This document shows positions 13,806-33,505 of a DNA stretch of 64,000 bases, one piece after another (the first letter of the stretch is position 1; each line of letters opens with the position of its first letter). The notes under the pieces were generated by a model. It saw only the letters and a program-made list of their open reading frames with translations, did no database searches and had not been told where the DNA came from. This DNA comes from Octopus vulgaris (lineage: Eukaryota), in assembly GCA_951406725.2 (NCBI GenBank), contig OX597821.1:7006001-7070000 (forward strand), in the 5' to 3' direction. The translations under genes were made by a program, and so were the position numbers.

Positions 13806-13810
<5 letters not shown>
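12662..13810 (+). mobile_element. Helentron/DINE-like non-autonomous element with a nested pogo/Tigger-like fragment
   Basis: 5' end ACTAG..ACCCGGCGTTGCCCG; 3' end with (GACA)n running into (TA)n. An internal Tigger-like TIR ..GTAGCGAGGGATTACTGTA ends near 13558. Confidence 0.55.
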
Positions 13811-13839
<29 letters not shown>

Positions 13840-13953
13840 CACAGCTAAGCAATGGATAATAGCTGCGTACAACATTTTTAATACAATAAAGATAACACCA
13901 AAGCAAACGACAGCTCCTACCCAGTGAACCACATAGCTGCACTCTGTAGACTA

Positions 13954-18896
<4,943 letters not shown>

Positions 18897-19592
18897 AAAC
18901 ATGTAATGAAAAGAAATATTACAAGTAACTGCAGAATATGTGGAGATGGACAAGAAACAATAAATCATATTATCTCTAGCTGCCCAGTCTTGGCTAAGAA
19001 GGAATATATTCACAGACATGACAGAGTTGGAACCTACATACATTGGAAGCTATACCAACATTATGGAATAACAACAGAAAAAAGATGGTATAGGCACACA
19101 CCAGAAAAGGTCACAGAAAACGAGAAAGCAACCATACTCTGGGATATGCCGATACACACAGATAGAGAAATTAAGGCCAACAGACCAGATATAGTTGTCA
19201 GAGATCATGAAGAAAAAAATGCTTTCTAATTGACGTATCAATACCGGCTGATGACAACGTGTCTCTAAAAGAAATGGAGAAACTCTCAAAATACAAAGAC
19301 CTGGAAATAGAGGTAACTAGAATGTGGAATCTGAAAACAGAAACAATTCCTATCATAGTAGGTGCATTAGGCATGATAAAAAAATATTCAGACAAATACA
19401 TAACAAAAACACCAGGACTTACAAACACATATAACATACAGAAAATTGCACTACTAGGCACTGCACACATCCTACGCAGAACACTTTCCATACAATAACC
19501 ATCAGAGCATCACAACAAATCACAGCACATACCCAAGGCACACAGAGCTGTGCTCGGTAGTGAAGTGAAAGCACGCTATAAAAATAAAACTA

Positions 19593-19595
<3 letters not shown>
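18897..19595 (+). mobile_element. R4/Dong-clade non-LTR retrotransposon 3' portion (CCHC knuckle + restriction-like endonuclease), inserted in (AAT)n
   Basis: CRICGDGQETINHIISSC, RHD and ANRPDIV; after a frameshift near 19220, EKLSKYKDL..IQKIALLGTAHILR. 3' end AAACTACTG-(AAT)n. Confidence 0.92.
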
Positions 19596-19670
<75 letters not shown>

Positions 19671-19692
19671 AAGAAGAAGAAGAAGAAGAAGA

Positions 19693-19902
19693 ATTTCTAT
19701 TATAGGTACAAAGCGTGAAATTTGGGGGGAGGGGGAAAGTCGATTATATCAACCTCAGTGTTTCACTGGTACTTAATTTATCGACCTCGAAAAGATGAAA
19801 GGGAAAGTCGACCCCGGCTGAATCTGAACGCAGAACGCAAAGACAGATGAAATACCGCTAAGCATTTCGCCCAGCGTGCTAACGTTTCTGCCAACTCGCC
19901 GG
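19693..19902 (-). mobile_element. SINE family A
   Basis: Family motifs present. Confidence 0.8.
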
Positions 19903-20543
19903 CTGCTACTGCTGCTGATGATGATGATGATGAGGATGATGAGGAGGAGGAGGAGGAGGAGGAGGACGATGATGATGGCTGAGGTGGTGGTGTTGGTGAC
20001 GATGATGGTGATGATGAAGGCGACGACGACGATGATGATGATGACGACAACGATGATGGTGGTGGTGTTGATGATGATGATGATGATGATGACGACGACG
20101 ACGACGATGATGATGATGATGATGGTGATGGTGGTGGTGATAATGATGATGATGATAATGATGACGACGTCGATGATGTGATGCGATGGTGATGATGATG
20201 ATAATAAGAATGATGATGATGATGATGATGATGATGGCGACAACCTTATTTTAATACAGTGCTCAGGTGCACAACTCGTACCTACAATACCACTGCGGTA
20301 GCCATGTTACAATTTATAAATGTAATTTCATTTAATTTTTTTTTATCTTCGTTGCATGTTAATAAAGTTTGAAAATAAAGCGAAGCTAAAAAGCTAAATG
20401 ATGTTTGGGAAGTTTTGTAATTGTCTTCAGAATTCATTTTGGTAAAAGACAAAAGAAAAAAGGTAAAAGAAAAAGAAAACAAAAGAAAAGAAAAACCCTC
20501 GCAGTAACTTTGGAATTTTCGCTACAAATATGAAATTTCTTTA

Positions 20544-20593
<50 letters not shown>

Positions 20594-20696
20594 CGTGCGT
20601 GTGAGTGTGTGTGTGCATAAATGTATCTGTTTATGGATATATTTATTTGTTTCTGTGTGGGTGTGTGGACATATATATATATATATATATATAAAA

Positions 20697-20740
<44 letters not shown>

Positions 20741-20805
20741 ATATAAATATTTGTATGTATGTGTATGTGTGTATATACATATACATATATATATATATAT
20801 ATATG

Positions 20806-20853
<48 letters not shown>

Positions 20854-20986
20854 CATATACATACATACATTACATACATACATACACACACACATATATA
20901 CATGTTATATACGTAAATATATACATACACACACACGCACACAAATATATATTTATTATTATTATTATTATCATCATCATTATTAC

Positions 20987-21023
<37 letters not shown>

Positions 21024-21316
21024 ATTATATATATATGTCTTTGTTTTCATTTTTCATTTCAATCAAATATCGAAAGATGATCACGAATGTTCGATCAATA
21101 TCCGATGAAACATCAAATATAGTGAATCCATTAAGGCTAAATTGGAACATTCGCTAGAATATTTTCCATTGTCACGTTTTAAATTCTACTGAACCAGTTT
21201 CTAATCGTTTTGTGGTCGTCGTTGTTGTTGCTGTGGCTGTTGTTGTTTTTTTCGAAACCTACCAATCAGTGAACTTTATGGTTAAAGTACAGGTTAATAG
21301 AGCATCGCCGCTGATT

Positions 21317-22315
21317 TCTGCCATCAAGGTCCTCTACACAGATACGTCTTCAACCATCTTAACCCCTGACGGAGAAACATCATCTTTCTCAATCAAAGCC
21401 GGAATACTGCAGGGAGACACACTCGCCCCATTTCTTTTCATCATTGTTGTTGATTATGTGCTACGTATGTCAGTTGATACCATCTCTGGCAAGGGCTTTG
21501 AAATAAAACCAAGAAGAAGTTCCAGACACCCAGCTGAGTACTTGACAGACACTGACTTTGCTGACGATATCGCTCTTATCAGTGATTCTCTCTCCAATGC
21601 CCAGTCTCTTTTACAATCTCTTAAACAAACCTCAAATTGTGTAGGTCTTTACCTCAATGAGGCCAAGATTGAATACATAAACAAGTGCCTGTCCAACAGT
21701 GATTGCATCATCCATACTCTCAACAATGCGCCCTTAAATATGGTTTCTGATTACATATCTTGGGTCATACATATCATCATCTGGAAAAGACTTTCTAACT
21801 AGAAATGGTATGGCTTGGTCAGCCTGTAATGACATGCATAAGATCTGGTCATCAAATCTAAGCAGAGACTTCAAACTTGAAATATTCAAAGCCACAGTCG
21901 AACCAATTCTACTATATGGCTCAGAAACCTGGACGTTATCAAAGAAGCTTGAGAGGCGGTTGGATGGAACCTACACTCGCCTCCTTATGAGAGCTCAAAA
22001 TCTCTCGTCGAAGCGCCATCCAACCAAAATGCAAATATATGGGAAACTACCACCTGTGTCATCTCTTGTGAAAGGTAGGAGAGTCCAGTTTGCTGGACAT
22101 TGTTGTAGAGCTGAAAAAGAGGTAATTTCTACTCTTCTCCTCTGGAAGCCATCTACTCGCAATACCAGAGGGCGCACACTCTCCTACCCTGATGTAATCT
22201 CCAGGGATACAGGCATCCAGCAACAGGACCTCCGTAATGCCATGATGGACCGTGAAGTCTGGCGTAGCATGGTAAATTCCATTGTCTCGACCACGGTCGA
22301 ACAATGGTGGATGGG
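21317..22315 (+). mobile_element. RTE-clade LINE, second 5'-truncated copy with frameshift
   Basis: Nearly identical to 6961-7932, with a small deletion near 21753. Candidate 10-bp TSD GCCGCTGATT at 21307-21316 and 22316-22325. Confidence 0.92.
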
Positions 22316-23448
22316 GCCGCTGATTATGAATTTGCACCTATATTTCTGCTGCATATTACCCAGCAAAGGAACAGTTCACTTTCTCTTGGTCAGTTTTCCC
22401 CTCTTATCCCGACACCATCCTGTTGTTAGCATTGCACTCTTAATCAAAAGCTTCACTGATCTTTAAGGTTATCTTTGTGTAACGTTGTTGTATGCAAAGA
22501 CAATTATAAACGCCTGGTAGGATTAAATGACATTTGAATTTTACACTCCCACAATCGTATATATTCGTTATTGGCGATAGAAGTAGTATTAGTTCAAAAA
22601 TGTATGCTGTATATCATGCTTAACGTGGATGTATTGTAGAAAGCCCAGGAAAATGTGGTATTTCTTTCGAGAGCGCCGGTGCAATTGTAAATTCCCGATT
22701 TCTGCAACAAGTAACCACTATCAACTTTAGCTCCTACTGTCCTATTGATATAGAAAACCAGTGATAAACGAATCAACGGTATTGCAAATAGCTAGTAGGT
22801 TGGGTAAAAATTATCTTGCTTAACGTGGAGATACTGTCCAAAGCAACAATTTCTCGTGTGGACGAATGTCACTCTAAAACATCTAAGTGTATCTGTAGTA
22901 GACAAAATGCATGTAGCAGCGGCAAAATCTAGATTTCTGCTTCCTTGAGCGTCATCAGCAGTGTGTGTGTGTGTGTGTGTGAAAAATAATCAGAAAATAA
23001 AACGAAAATATGTTTCATTTAAAAAAATAAGATTTATCCTACTTTTAATATTACAATAAGCTTGTCAAACATTTACTTTCGAATTTGTTTTTTCTTTTCT
23101 ACTGATGTCTTTCGACAAATTTGCTTTTCAAAGAATATCTCTTACGACCAATTCGTCTTTTCAGTCAATGTGATTACGATGTCCAACTTGTTTTTGATGA
23201 ACCGATCATATTCCGATTTATTCTGCCCAGTCAAAGTTCAATGCTATCAGCGCTAATCAGTAATAAGGATTGAATGAAGAGATACATTTCAACTTCTAAA
23301 GTCAAATTCACTGCGGATACCGAGAAGAAAAGTTAATGCTTATGGTAAAAAGTCTAAAAACACGTTGTGCAACACAGTCACCGATATTGATAGTTTTAAG
23401 ATAAAGCTACGGCTTTATATTCCGGCCAAGGTTATCTCCTTCTTGTAT

Positions 23449-23491
23449 CTTCTACAGAGGATGGCTAAAGGACCAGAAACGTGTCTGGGAG
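23449..23491 (+). ncRNA. Degenerate minimal hammerhead motif (core CAGAGGA)
   Basis: CTTCTA-CAGAGGA-TGG(CTAAAGGA)CCA-GAAA-CGTG-TC-TGGGAG. Helix I pairs fully with wobbles and the cleavage triplet is GUC. Confidence 0.45.
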
Positions 23492-23722
23492 TCCGCTAGA
23501 GGGAATTACTGAGCAGACATGTTTTTATACCCTGTGGCAGCCCATCGTATATGTGTGCATGTCTTTGCATCTATGTTTGTCCCGCTACAGTTTGACAACC
23601 GGGATTGGTTTGTTTACGTTTCGGTAACTTAATGGCTAAGCAAAAGAGATAGCCAGAATAAGTACTACGATCGATTTGTTCGACTAAAACCATTCAAACC
23701 AGTGCTACAGTATCGCGTCGGT

Positions 23723-23760
<38 letters not shown>

Positions 23761-23820
23761 ATACACACAAACACACAAACACACAAACACACACACAAAC
23801 ACACACACAAACACACACAC

Positions 23821-23879
<59 letters not shown>

Positions 23880-23891
23880 AAACACACACAC

Positions 23892-23959
<68 letters not shown>

Positions 23960-24552
23960 TACACACAAACACACAAACACACACACACGCACACATACAC
24001 ACACAGAAACACACACACAAACACACACACACTCACACACACAAACACACACACAAACACACGCGCGCACATTTCACGGGCTTCCGCATAGTTTCCGACC
24101 GAATAATTGACTTCGGGTTTCGATAGCAATATACGCCCAAAGTGCCGCGTTTTAAACTCGAACACAGAACCGCAGAACTGACAGAAAAGACCTTCGTAAA
24201 CACGCGGCCGAGCTTTAAAGACCTTAAGATAATTCCCGGGTTATCACAATACCGTAGAACACCATTAAAATCTAGAATATTCTAAAGAGAAACTCAGTAA
24301 GCTCTTCTCCGTAATACCAGCGAGTAATTTATTCCATTTGTGATCTTTTCGAATTATTTAATAGCATCCATTTATCCTTTGGATAGATTTATAATTCATT
24401 ATCTCCTCAGAGCAATTATTTTCTACATGATATTTGGAGGATATTAAATATATATGTATAAAGCAAATGTTATACAAATGTTATATGCGTATCAAATTTT
24501 CATTTTTGTCTTGTTTTGTGCTTTTGTGTGTGTGTATGTGTGTGTGTGTGGT

Positions 24553-24587
<35 letters not shown>

Positions 24588-24955
24588 TTGTTTTCGTGTG
24601 GATTCGTCAGATGTGCAAGTTCAGCGCCCTTGACCTTTTGGAAATCCTTCTAAACGCACGCACAACATACACATGCACAAGCGCACACACACACAAGTGT
24701 TTGTATATGTGTGTGTATGTATGTATGTATGTGTGTATGTATGTATGTATGTATGTATGTATGTATGTATGTATGTATGTATGTATGTATGTATGTATGT
24801 ATGTATGTATGTATGTATGTATGTATGTATGCATGTATGCATGCATGCGTGTATGTATATATGTATGCTTGTATGTATAAGTGCGTATGTGTGTGTACAA
24901 ATGCATATAAAGACATAAATATATAGATACACATATACATTTCTTTCTCACTCTT

Positions 24956-24991
<36 letters not shown>

Positions 24992-25247
24992 ATCATATAA
25001 ATTGATAGATAGATATATACACACATATATGCATACATAGATGGGTTGAGATGGACAGACAGACAGATACATGCATACATACATACATACATACATACAC
25101 ACATACATGTGCACGCACGCACGCACACGCACGCTCGCACGCATGTAAGTGCTGTGTGTGAGAGAAGAAATAAATGGGCCTGAACTTACGAACTGCGTAA
25201 TTTTCGTATTATCATCGGAGATTATAATAATAATAATAATAATAATA

Positions 25248-25458
25248 ATCGTTTCTATTATAGGTACAAGAGCTGAACTTTGTGGAAGGGAGATCGTTGA
25301 TTATATCGATTCCAGCACTTAACAGGTACTTGATTCATCGACCCCGAAAGGAAGAAAAGCAAAGTCGACCTCGGTGGAATTTGAACTCAGAATGTAGCAG
25401 CAGACGAAATACTGCTATGCATTTCATCTGGCGTGCAAACGATGCTGCCAGCTCGCCA
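25248..25458 (-). mobile_element. SINE family A
   Basis: Family motifs present. Confidence 0.75.
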
Positions 25459-25534
25459 CTTCTTCCAAAAAAAAAAAAAAAAAAAAAGAGAGAGAGAATT
25501 CAAAATAAGCACAAAAAAGGTTTTTGAGAAAGTT

Positions 25535-27970
25535 AAACAAAAAAAACTATATCAATAGATGCCATGGCAACGACATCAACGTTCAAGTCATACTGGGAAG
25601 TAATGTGAAGGAAACAAAAAGACGCAAGAAAAATGTTCAGTGAATTAGTAGGGAAAAGGAAAGGAAGAACAAAATAGAACCACAAATACGGCCCTCCATC
25701 GCAGGCCAAGAGATCACGGACACACTGAAGAGTACCAGCAACTGGAAAACTCCAGGGATAGACAAGGTTCCCAACTTCTGGTTGAAACACCTCACCAGTC
25801 GTCATAACCACTTAGCAGCAGCATTCAATTTATTGATAAGTGAACCAGAATCAACACTAAACTGCATGCTGGAAAAACACGCCACACTAACTCCCAAAGG
25901 CAAAGACACCGAACACCCACAAAATTATAGACCAATAACATGCCTATCAACATCCCACAGAGCTCTAATATCAGTCATCTATTACCGGCTTATAAAGCAC
26001 TTGGAAAACAACGATGTTTTACCAGAAGAACAAAAAGGGTGCCGGAGAGGGATGTATGTCTGTAAGAAGCAACTTGTAGTAAACCGAGCCATTATAGAGG
26101 ACTGTAAGAGGTGAAAGACAAATCTGAACATGACTCGGATTGATTACCAGAAAGCATTCGACTGTGTTCCACACTCATGGATACTGGAATCTTTCCACAC
26201 AAATAAGGTAGCCCCACCACTACTAAAATATATATAAAACATGCAATGTCAAACTGGAAAACCAGTATAGCATTAAAAAATTACCCTCAGGTTATTAAAA
26301 CCTACCCTATACCCATAAGAAGGGAGATTTTCCAGTGAGACTCACTGTCATCTCGGATTTTCTGCCTTTCTCTGACCCCGCTAACAGGCTTGTTAAACGA
26401 AACCACCATGGGTTGTAGGTGCTATAAACTATCTGCTGCACATGGATGACCTAAAACTTTACACTAAAAGCACCATGGAACAGAGAGTTCTTATCAAAAT
26501 TGCTCACAGTTTCAGCAAGGATATCGGGATGAGTATGGGGATGGACTAATGTGCCAGGGTCACACCGAGAAGAGGCAAATTAATCAGCAGCACTGAAAAC
26601 ACTGCACTCGACATAGACACAGAAATTAGAGAATTACACCACAACTTCCCATACAAATATCTAGGAATAGACGAACACACAAAAATGAAAGAAAAAATTA
26701 GGAGAGAGTATTACAGAAGAGTTAGGCTAATATTAAACACTGAACTCAATGCTAAAAATAAGATAATAGGGTTAAACATATTAACCATCCCAGTCACAAA
26801 TTACTGCAGTGAATTGAGAAACTTAGACAGAAAAGCCAGAAAACTACTGAAAGCGTACAGAAGTCAGCACCCCAAAACAGACGCAGATAGAACATATCTA
26901 CCCCGCTCAGACAGAGAACTACGATAAAATAACAACAGTTAAACTGGGGAAATATTTAGAAACAAAGAGTGGAAGACTACTGCATGTAGTAAAGCAACAC
27001 GAGAAAAAGAAAACGCTTTTCTCTATACAGAAGGAGGCGACAAATATAAAACAAACTACACTGACAAACTGATCTCAGATGGCAGCATAGCAGAAATGGT
27101 CAAAGAGAGAAAAAAACAACAGAATTACAAAACATACTGAAGAAATGAAGAGAGAACGCACTCCATAGTCAAAACCCTGCAATGTTTGACAGAGAAGTGA
27201 TTCTAAGTAAAGGCCAACAATGGCTCAAAAGCCCTGAGTTAAAAGCTGAAATGGAAGGTCTGATTCACGCTGCACAGGACCAATGCCTGACCACAAACAA
27301 TTATAAAAATAAAATAATGTAAACAGGCCCTAACACCAAATGCAGAATGTGCAACCAGCGCAATGGGACAGTTGACCGCATCATCTCGGGCTGCCCAGTC
27401 CTTGCCAAATCTGAATATATATACAGACACGACCGAGTAAGCAGTTATATCCACTGGATAATACACCAATATTACAACATTAAAACTGACAATAGGTGGT
27501 ATAAACATGTGCCAAACAAGGTACAAGACAATGACTAGGCTACAATCACCTGGGACAATCACCGGCTTAAACGGACAAAGAAATAAAAGCTAAATGCCCA
27601 GACATAATAATCAAGGATTGCAAAAAAAATACACCTGCTTACTGATAGACATTGCAGTACCTTCTGATCAAAATATTGTCCAAAAGAAGTGGAGAAATTG
27701 TCAAAGTACAAAAACCTCGAAATTCAAGTATTCAAGATGTGGGCATGAAGGTAAAAACAATACCAATGAAAAAAAAGGCATCGAAGGGGCGATACATACC
27801 CTGCGCGCAGATAAATTTTTTAACATATTACAGTGTTGCGGACAATGCATTGCTTGCGCATACTTTTGAACTGAATTAATTTTTTTAAGGATCACCATTA
27901 TAGTATTTATACTCTGGTGAAATTAAGAAATCAACTAAAAAATAAGTGAAACCCTCGAATCCATCACTGT
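25535..27970 (+). mobile_element. Decayed R4/Dong-clade retrotransposon (RT + CCHC + restriction-like endonuclease)
   Basis: PQNYRPITCL, EEQKGCRRG, IDYQKAFDCVPH, HMDDLKL, EYYRRVRLIL, CRMCNQRNGTVDRIISGC..RHD. Many stops and frameshifts. Confidence 0.88.
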
Positions 27971-28095
27971 ACAGATACGCGCGCGCGCACGCATGCACAC
28001 ACACACACACACATACACACACAGAGTCGCATATGTGTGCATGTCTGTATGTATGTATGTATGTATGTATGTATGTATGTATGTATGTATGTATG

Positions 28096-28129
<34 letters not shown>

Positions 28130-28535
28130 TGTATGTATTTATGTATGTATGTATGTATGTATGTATGTATGTATGTATGTATGTATGTATGTATGTATGT
28201 ATGTATGTATGTATGTATGTATGTATGTATGTATGTATTTATGTATGTACCCACACGTATCTACGTGCAAAGGTACACCATGATGTATATATGCGCAGAC
28301 GAGGGTCGATTCATATGAAAAAGATGGTGAAGAAATGAAATACTTAAAGAAAATATTACATAGAATTTGAGAAGTGTTTTTATTATTATATGTATGTATA
28401 CTCCAGTGAAATTAAGAAATCAACTCGTAAATTAACGAAACCCTCGAATGCATCACTACACACACACACGCACACACAAGCACACAAGCGCGCGCATGCT
28501 CACACACAGCTGCATGTCTATATATGCATTTATAA

Positions 28536-29132
28536 GGCGGCGAGCTGGCAGAAACGTTAGCGCGCCGGGCGAAATGCTTAGCGGTATTTCGTCTGCCGCT
28601 ACGTTCTGAGTTTAAATTCTGCCGAGGTCGACTTTGCCTTTCATCCTTTCGGGGTCGATAAATTAAGTACCAGTTACGCACTGGGGTCGATGTAATCGAC
28701 TTAATACCTATGTCTGTCCTTGTTTGTCCCCTCTGTGTTTAGCCCCTTGTGGGTAGTAAAGAAATATATATTGGCTGTGTGGTAAGTAGCTTGCTAACCA
28801 ACCACACGGTTGCGGGTTCAGTCCCACTGCGTGGCATCTTGGGCAAGTGTCTTCTGCTATAGCCCCGGGCCGACCAATGCCTTGTGAGTGGATTTGGTAG
28901 ACGGAAACTGAAAGAAGCCTGTCGTATATATGAATATGTATGTGTGTGTGTGTATATGTTTGTATGTTTGTGTTTGTCCCCCTAGCATTGCTTGACAACC
29001 GATGCTGGTGTGTTTACGTCCCCGTCACTTAGCGGTTCGGCAAAAAGAGACCGATAGAATAAGTACTAAAAGGCGGTGCTCCAGCATGGCCGCAGTCAAA
29101 TGACTGAAACAAGTAAAAAAGAGTAAAAGAGA
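28536..29132 (+). mobile_element. SINE family A followed by SINE family B
   Basis: Family A head GGCGGCGAGCTGGCAGAAACGTTAG at 28536; family B from about 28772. Confidence 0.85.
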
Positions 29133-29302
29133 ATATGTATTTATGTATTTTGAAGATAATCAAACCAAATTTTCATCGTTGCGAGCCACTCATCCAAAGA
29201 GTATTTCTGACAAAATTTGGTGAAAATCCGTTCAGCCGTTTTTCTAGTAATTTTCTAGACTAAGACGAGTGGTTACTATACCCTGCTTTTGCTTACGCGC
29301 AC

Positions 29303-29740
29303 AGGGTAATAATAATTGGATCATTGGGCATGATAAAGAACACATAGAGAAAAACGTAGAAGCTATACTTGGATCCCCGACACTACAGGCTATCCAAAAA
29401 AAATAGCCCTGCTGGGAACAGCCCACATCCTACGCAAGACGTTATCAATTCGATAATACAACCATAACAAAATAACCCACAAACACAAGACACACTCTGC
29501 ACAGCAATTACCCGGTGAAATATACTTCCACCAGCAAAGCAGGTAACCAACGCATTACACACTCAAAATACAATACAAGCAGTAATACAACAAAAGACCG
29601 CACCACACCTCAAGAGGGGGAAAAAAACTAACACAGTACAACACCGAGAAGAATTTGCGCTCTCCGAAACAACAGAAAAGAACACACACCATCAACACGG
29701 AGGTGTAGCAGGTGGTGCAGTAGGAATTTGCCTCAAACAA

Positions 29741-29784
<44 letters not shown>

Positions 29785-29981
29785 TAATAATACAGAAAAT
29801 TGCACTACTTGGCACTGCACACATCATACGCAAAACACTTTCAATATGGTAACCATCAGAGCATCAAACCAAACCACAGCACATATCCAAGGCACACAGC
29901 TGCGCACGGTAGTGAAGTGAAAGCACGATATAAAAATAAAACTACTGAATAATAATAATGATAATAATGATAATAATAATG

Positions 29982-30056
<75 letters not shown>

Positions 30057-30170
30057 GAACACTTTCCATACAATAACCATCAGAGCATCACAACAAATCA
30101 CAGCACATACCCAAGGCACACAGAGCTGCGCTCGGTAGTGAAGTGAAAGCACGCTATAAAAATAAAACTA

Positions 30171-30252
<82 letters not shown>

Positions 30253-30993
30253 CCGATTCTGCAACGACATGATTGAAACAGTGGACCATCTAATCTCTGG
30301 ATGTAAAGTCTTAGCACCAGTGGAGTATAAATTAAGACATGACAGAGTTGGCCAATATCTACACTGGCTAATAAGTCGGCATTACAATATCAAAACTGCC
30401 GACAAGTGGTATAATCACCACCCTGAGGCTGTAACTGAAGGAGAAAATGTAACCATTCTGTGGGACTTTCCAGTACATACAGACCGAACCATCAAGGCCA
30501 ATAAACCAGATATTGTTGTGAAAGACCAAAACAATAAAGTTTGCTTATTGATCGACATGAGCATTCCCTGTGATCATAATATCTCAGCGAAAGAGTTTGA
30601 CAAGCTCAGAAAATATAAAGACCTACTCATTGAAATTGAGAAATGTGGCATCTCAAGGCGGTTACAATACCAGTGATCGTAGGAGCACTAGGAATGATCA
30701 AGAAGGGAACCGAAAATTATATGAGAATGATCCCTAGCTTACCATCCCTGCAAGAAGTGCAAAAGATTGTCTTAACTGGTACATCACACGTATTGAGAAG
30801 AGCATTGTCGATGTGAGAACTGTTGCTGCTCATGTATTTTAATTTAACTTAAAAAAAAAAAAAAAAAAAAAATGAACGAACTACTGAGTTTGGTTTAATG
30901 GCCTACCAATGTATACTATGAGTTTCTTTGCCCTAGGAGTCGGGAAGACACTCGGAAAGAAATGGAAGCAAATTTGAAAGAAGAAAAAAAAAG
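29303..30993 (+). mobile_element. Head-to-tail stack of four R4/Dong 3' fragments separated by (AAT)n (29303-29740, 29791-29947, 30056-30173, 30251-30993)
   Basis: IQK..IALLGTAHILRK motifs. The middle two match the 19430-19595 3' end. The last has CRFCNDMIETVDHLISGC..RHD..KANKPDIV. Confidence 0.9.
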
Positions 30994-31004
30994 TAATAAT
31001 AATG

Positions 31005-31071
<67 letters not shown>

Positions 31072-31073
<2 letters not shown>

Positions 31074-31260
31074 TCCTTTCTACTATAGGTACAAGATCTG
31101 AAATTGTGGGTGAGAGTGCTAGTCGATTACATCGACCCCAGTATTCGACTGGTACTTATTTTACCGAACCCGAAAGGATAAAAGGCAAAGATGACCTCGA
31201 TGGATGAAATACCGCTACGCATTTTGCTTGGCATGTTAACGAATCTGCCAGCTCGCAGCC
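31072..31260 (-). mobile_element. SINE family A, internally deleted
   Basis: Family motifs present. Confidence 0.7.
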
Positions 31261-32392
31261 TTGTCAATATCAATAAAATGTCGAATGTTGAGGACTTGCC
31301 CTTCGTTGACGATAGTTCTGCAATTTCTTACCGAACGATTTGTTGAGGTGATTCGTTTATAAACATAAACTGCCTAAGCTGTATATTAGTACGTTGCCTG
31401 TACTAGTGCACTTTGTGTTAGTCCATAAATCAAAATATACACCCCTACACACACACTCGCACTCTGACTGCAGTACCTGCCCGTCAAATATATTCTTAAG
31501 CAAAGTTGACTTCTGCGAGACACGAACTCGGAAACTTAAAGGAACGCCACTGTAGAGTGCAGCCATATTTTGACAGTCACTCTACTGACTTTTTCTCTAC
31601 CACCTTCAAAATGCTCAATATTCATTTATTGCACAAATATAGAGAGAAAGGTGGAGTTGATAAAATTGACAAGCAGTTATCCTCACTAGGATTTGAACTC
31701 AGAATCTCAAAAGAATGACACAAAATATCATTCAGTAATCGTAGCCGCCAATCGATCGACTCTGCCATCTATTGTCCTCAATATAATACGTATTTACAAA
31801 CGAAAAATTTGTAAGCCATCAATCAATATTTTTTTTTTCGTTTTTATTCGATAGAATGTTCGTAAATTTACTTTTGCTTCTTCCCCAGACACCGAAGCCA
31901 GGATAAACCTTACTTTTGTATCTTTGCACGAGTGACTATAATATTTCTTCGTTCTTAAGATAAACCACCAAGACTTCATGAACATTAGCTGAGTATTGGA
32001 AAAGAAAACGGAGAACATGATTAAATTTATGCAACGGCTATCAAACAACATGGCGTACAAGTGAAAACTAATATATTTAGCCTGGCGTGTTGTTTGTTAA
32101 GAAGGATTTTATTGAAAACAAACACACAAAACAAACCAAAAAGGAATTATCGGTAAAACCTTTTGTCCCAACATGCATTTCCAATAAATATGGCTCCTGT
32201 AAAAATTATTGAAGACTCGCTCGGCACGTGTGTTAAATATCCTTGGTAACGATAACAAGGAGATAAAGACATCAAATGAAAATAACGACCATTAGAAGAC
32301 AGAATCGCAGAAGGCAACTATTGGAAGAGAGAATCAAATTCGACACAAATGAAACGGCCATTAAGAAGCAGAATCAAATAAGACAACCATTA

Positions 32393-32469
<77 letters not shown>

Positions 32470-33110
32470 TATTATGGTGAAATAATAAAAAGGAAAGAAT
32501 AAGATAAACTATTAATTTTATTAAAAAAATATCTGTTCCTGGTAAGCTTTTCAATACATTAAATTTTATTTTTACTTTATTTCCCTGGTGGTTTTTAAGC
32601 GGTTTCAATAAATACGTCAAGATTTATGCATTACTCATTATTCACCAAATCAAAAAGCAAAGTCATTTTTTTTTTTAACTTTAATGTTGGCACTTGCTCT
32701 TTGGTAGTCAGGCTAACACTGGATCTGTAGGGTTCGTTTGCTGGCCCTTGGTTTCTGTTCCCTCGTTTAGACGCCTCACTTCCTTCTTTTTAGATATATA
32801 ATTTTGTGTGTGTATGTGAACTTAACTAAATGACAAGTGAACAGAAATCACTTATCAACTTCATTAGCACACGGCTGTTTCTGTCAGGATATGCACTCAT
32901 ATTTGTTTTATTTATCGTTATTATCACTTTTTAAGCTCCAAGAAAGGGATAAAGTGATGCACAAGCACTTAACTCTGAGTGCGCTGCATCTTATAGAAGA
33001 AACAGCTGTGCGCTAATGGAGTTGATTACTTAGTTATCTCCCCTGGTCATTTATTTCATTTCACTTTACGCTCTGAACTCGCCAGACACTTTATTCTGTA
33101 GCTTTTGTAA

Positions 33111-33505
33111 GGCGGCGAGTGGCAGAACCGTTAGCATGCCGGGCGAAATGCGTAGCCGTATTTCGTCTGCCGTTACGTTCTGAGTTCAAATTCCACCGAG
33201 GTCGACTTTGCCTTTTATCCTTTCAGGGTCGATAAATTAAGTACCAGTTACACACTGGGGTCGATATAATCGACTTAATCCGTTTGTCTGTCCTTGTTTG
33301 TCTTCTCTGTGTTTAGCCCCTTGTAGGTAGTAAAGAAATAGGTATTTCGTCTGTCTTTACGTTCTGAGTTCAGATTCCGCCGAGGTCAACTTTGCCGTTC
33401 ATCCTTTCGAGGTCGATAAATTAAATACCAGTTGCGTACTGGTGCCGATCTAATCGACAGCCCCTCTTCCCCCAAAATTTCGGCCTTGTGCCTAGAGCAG
33501 AAAAA
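33111..33505 (+). mobile_element. SINE family A, dimeric
   Basis: Body duplicated in tandem. Confidence 0.85.
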
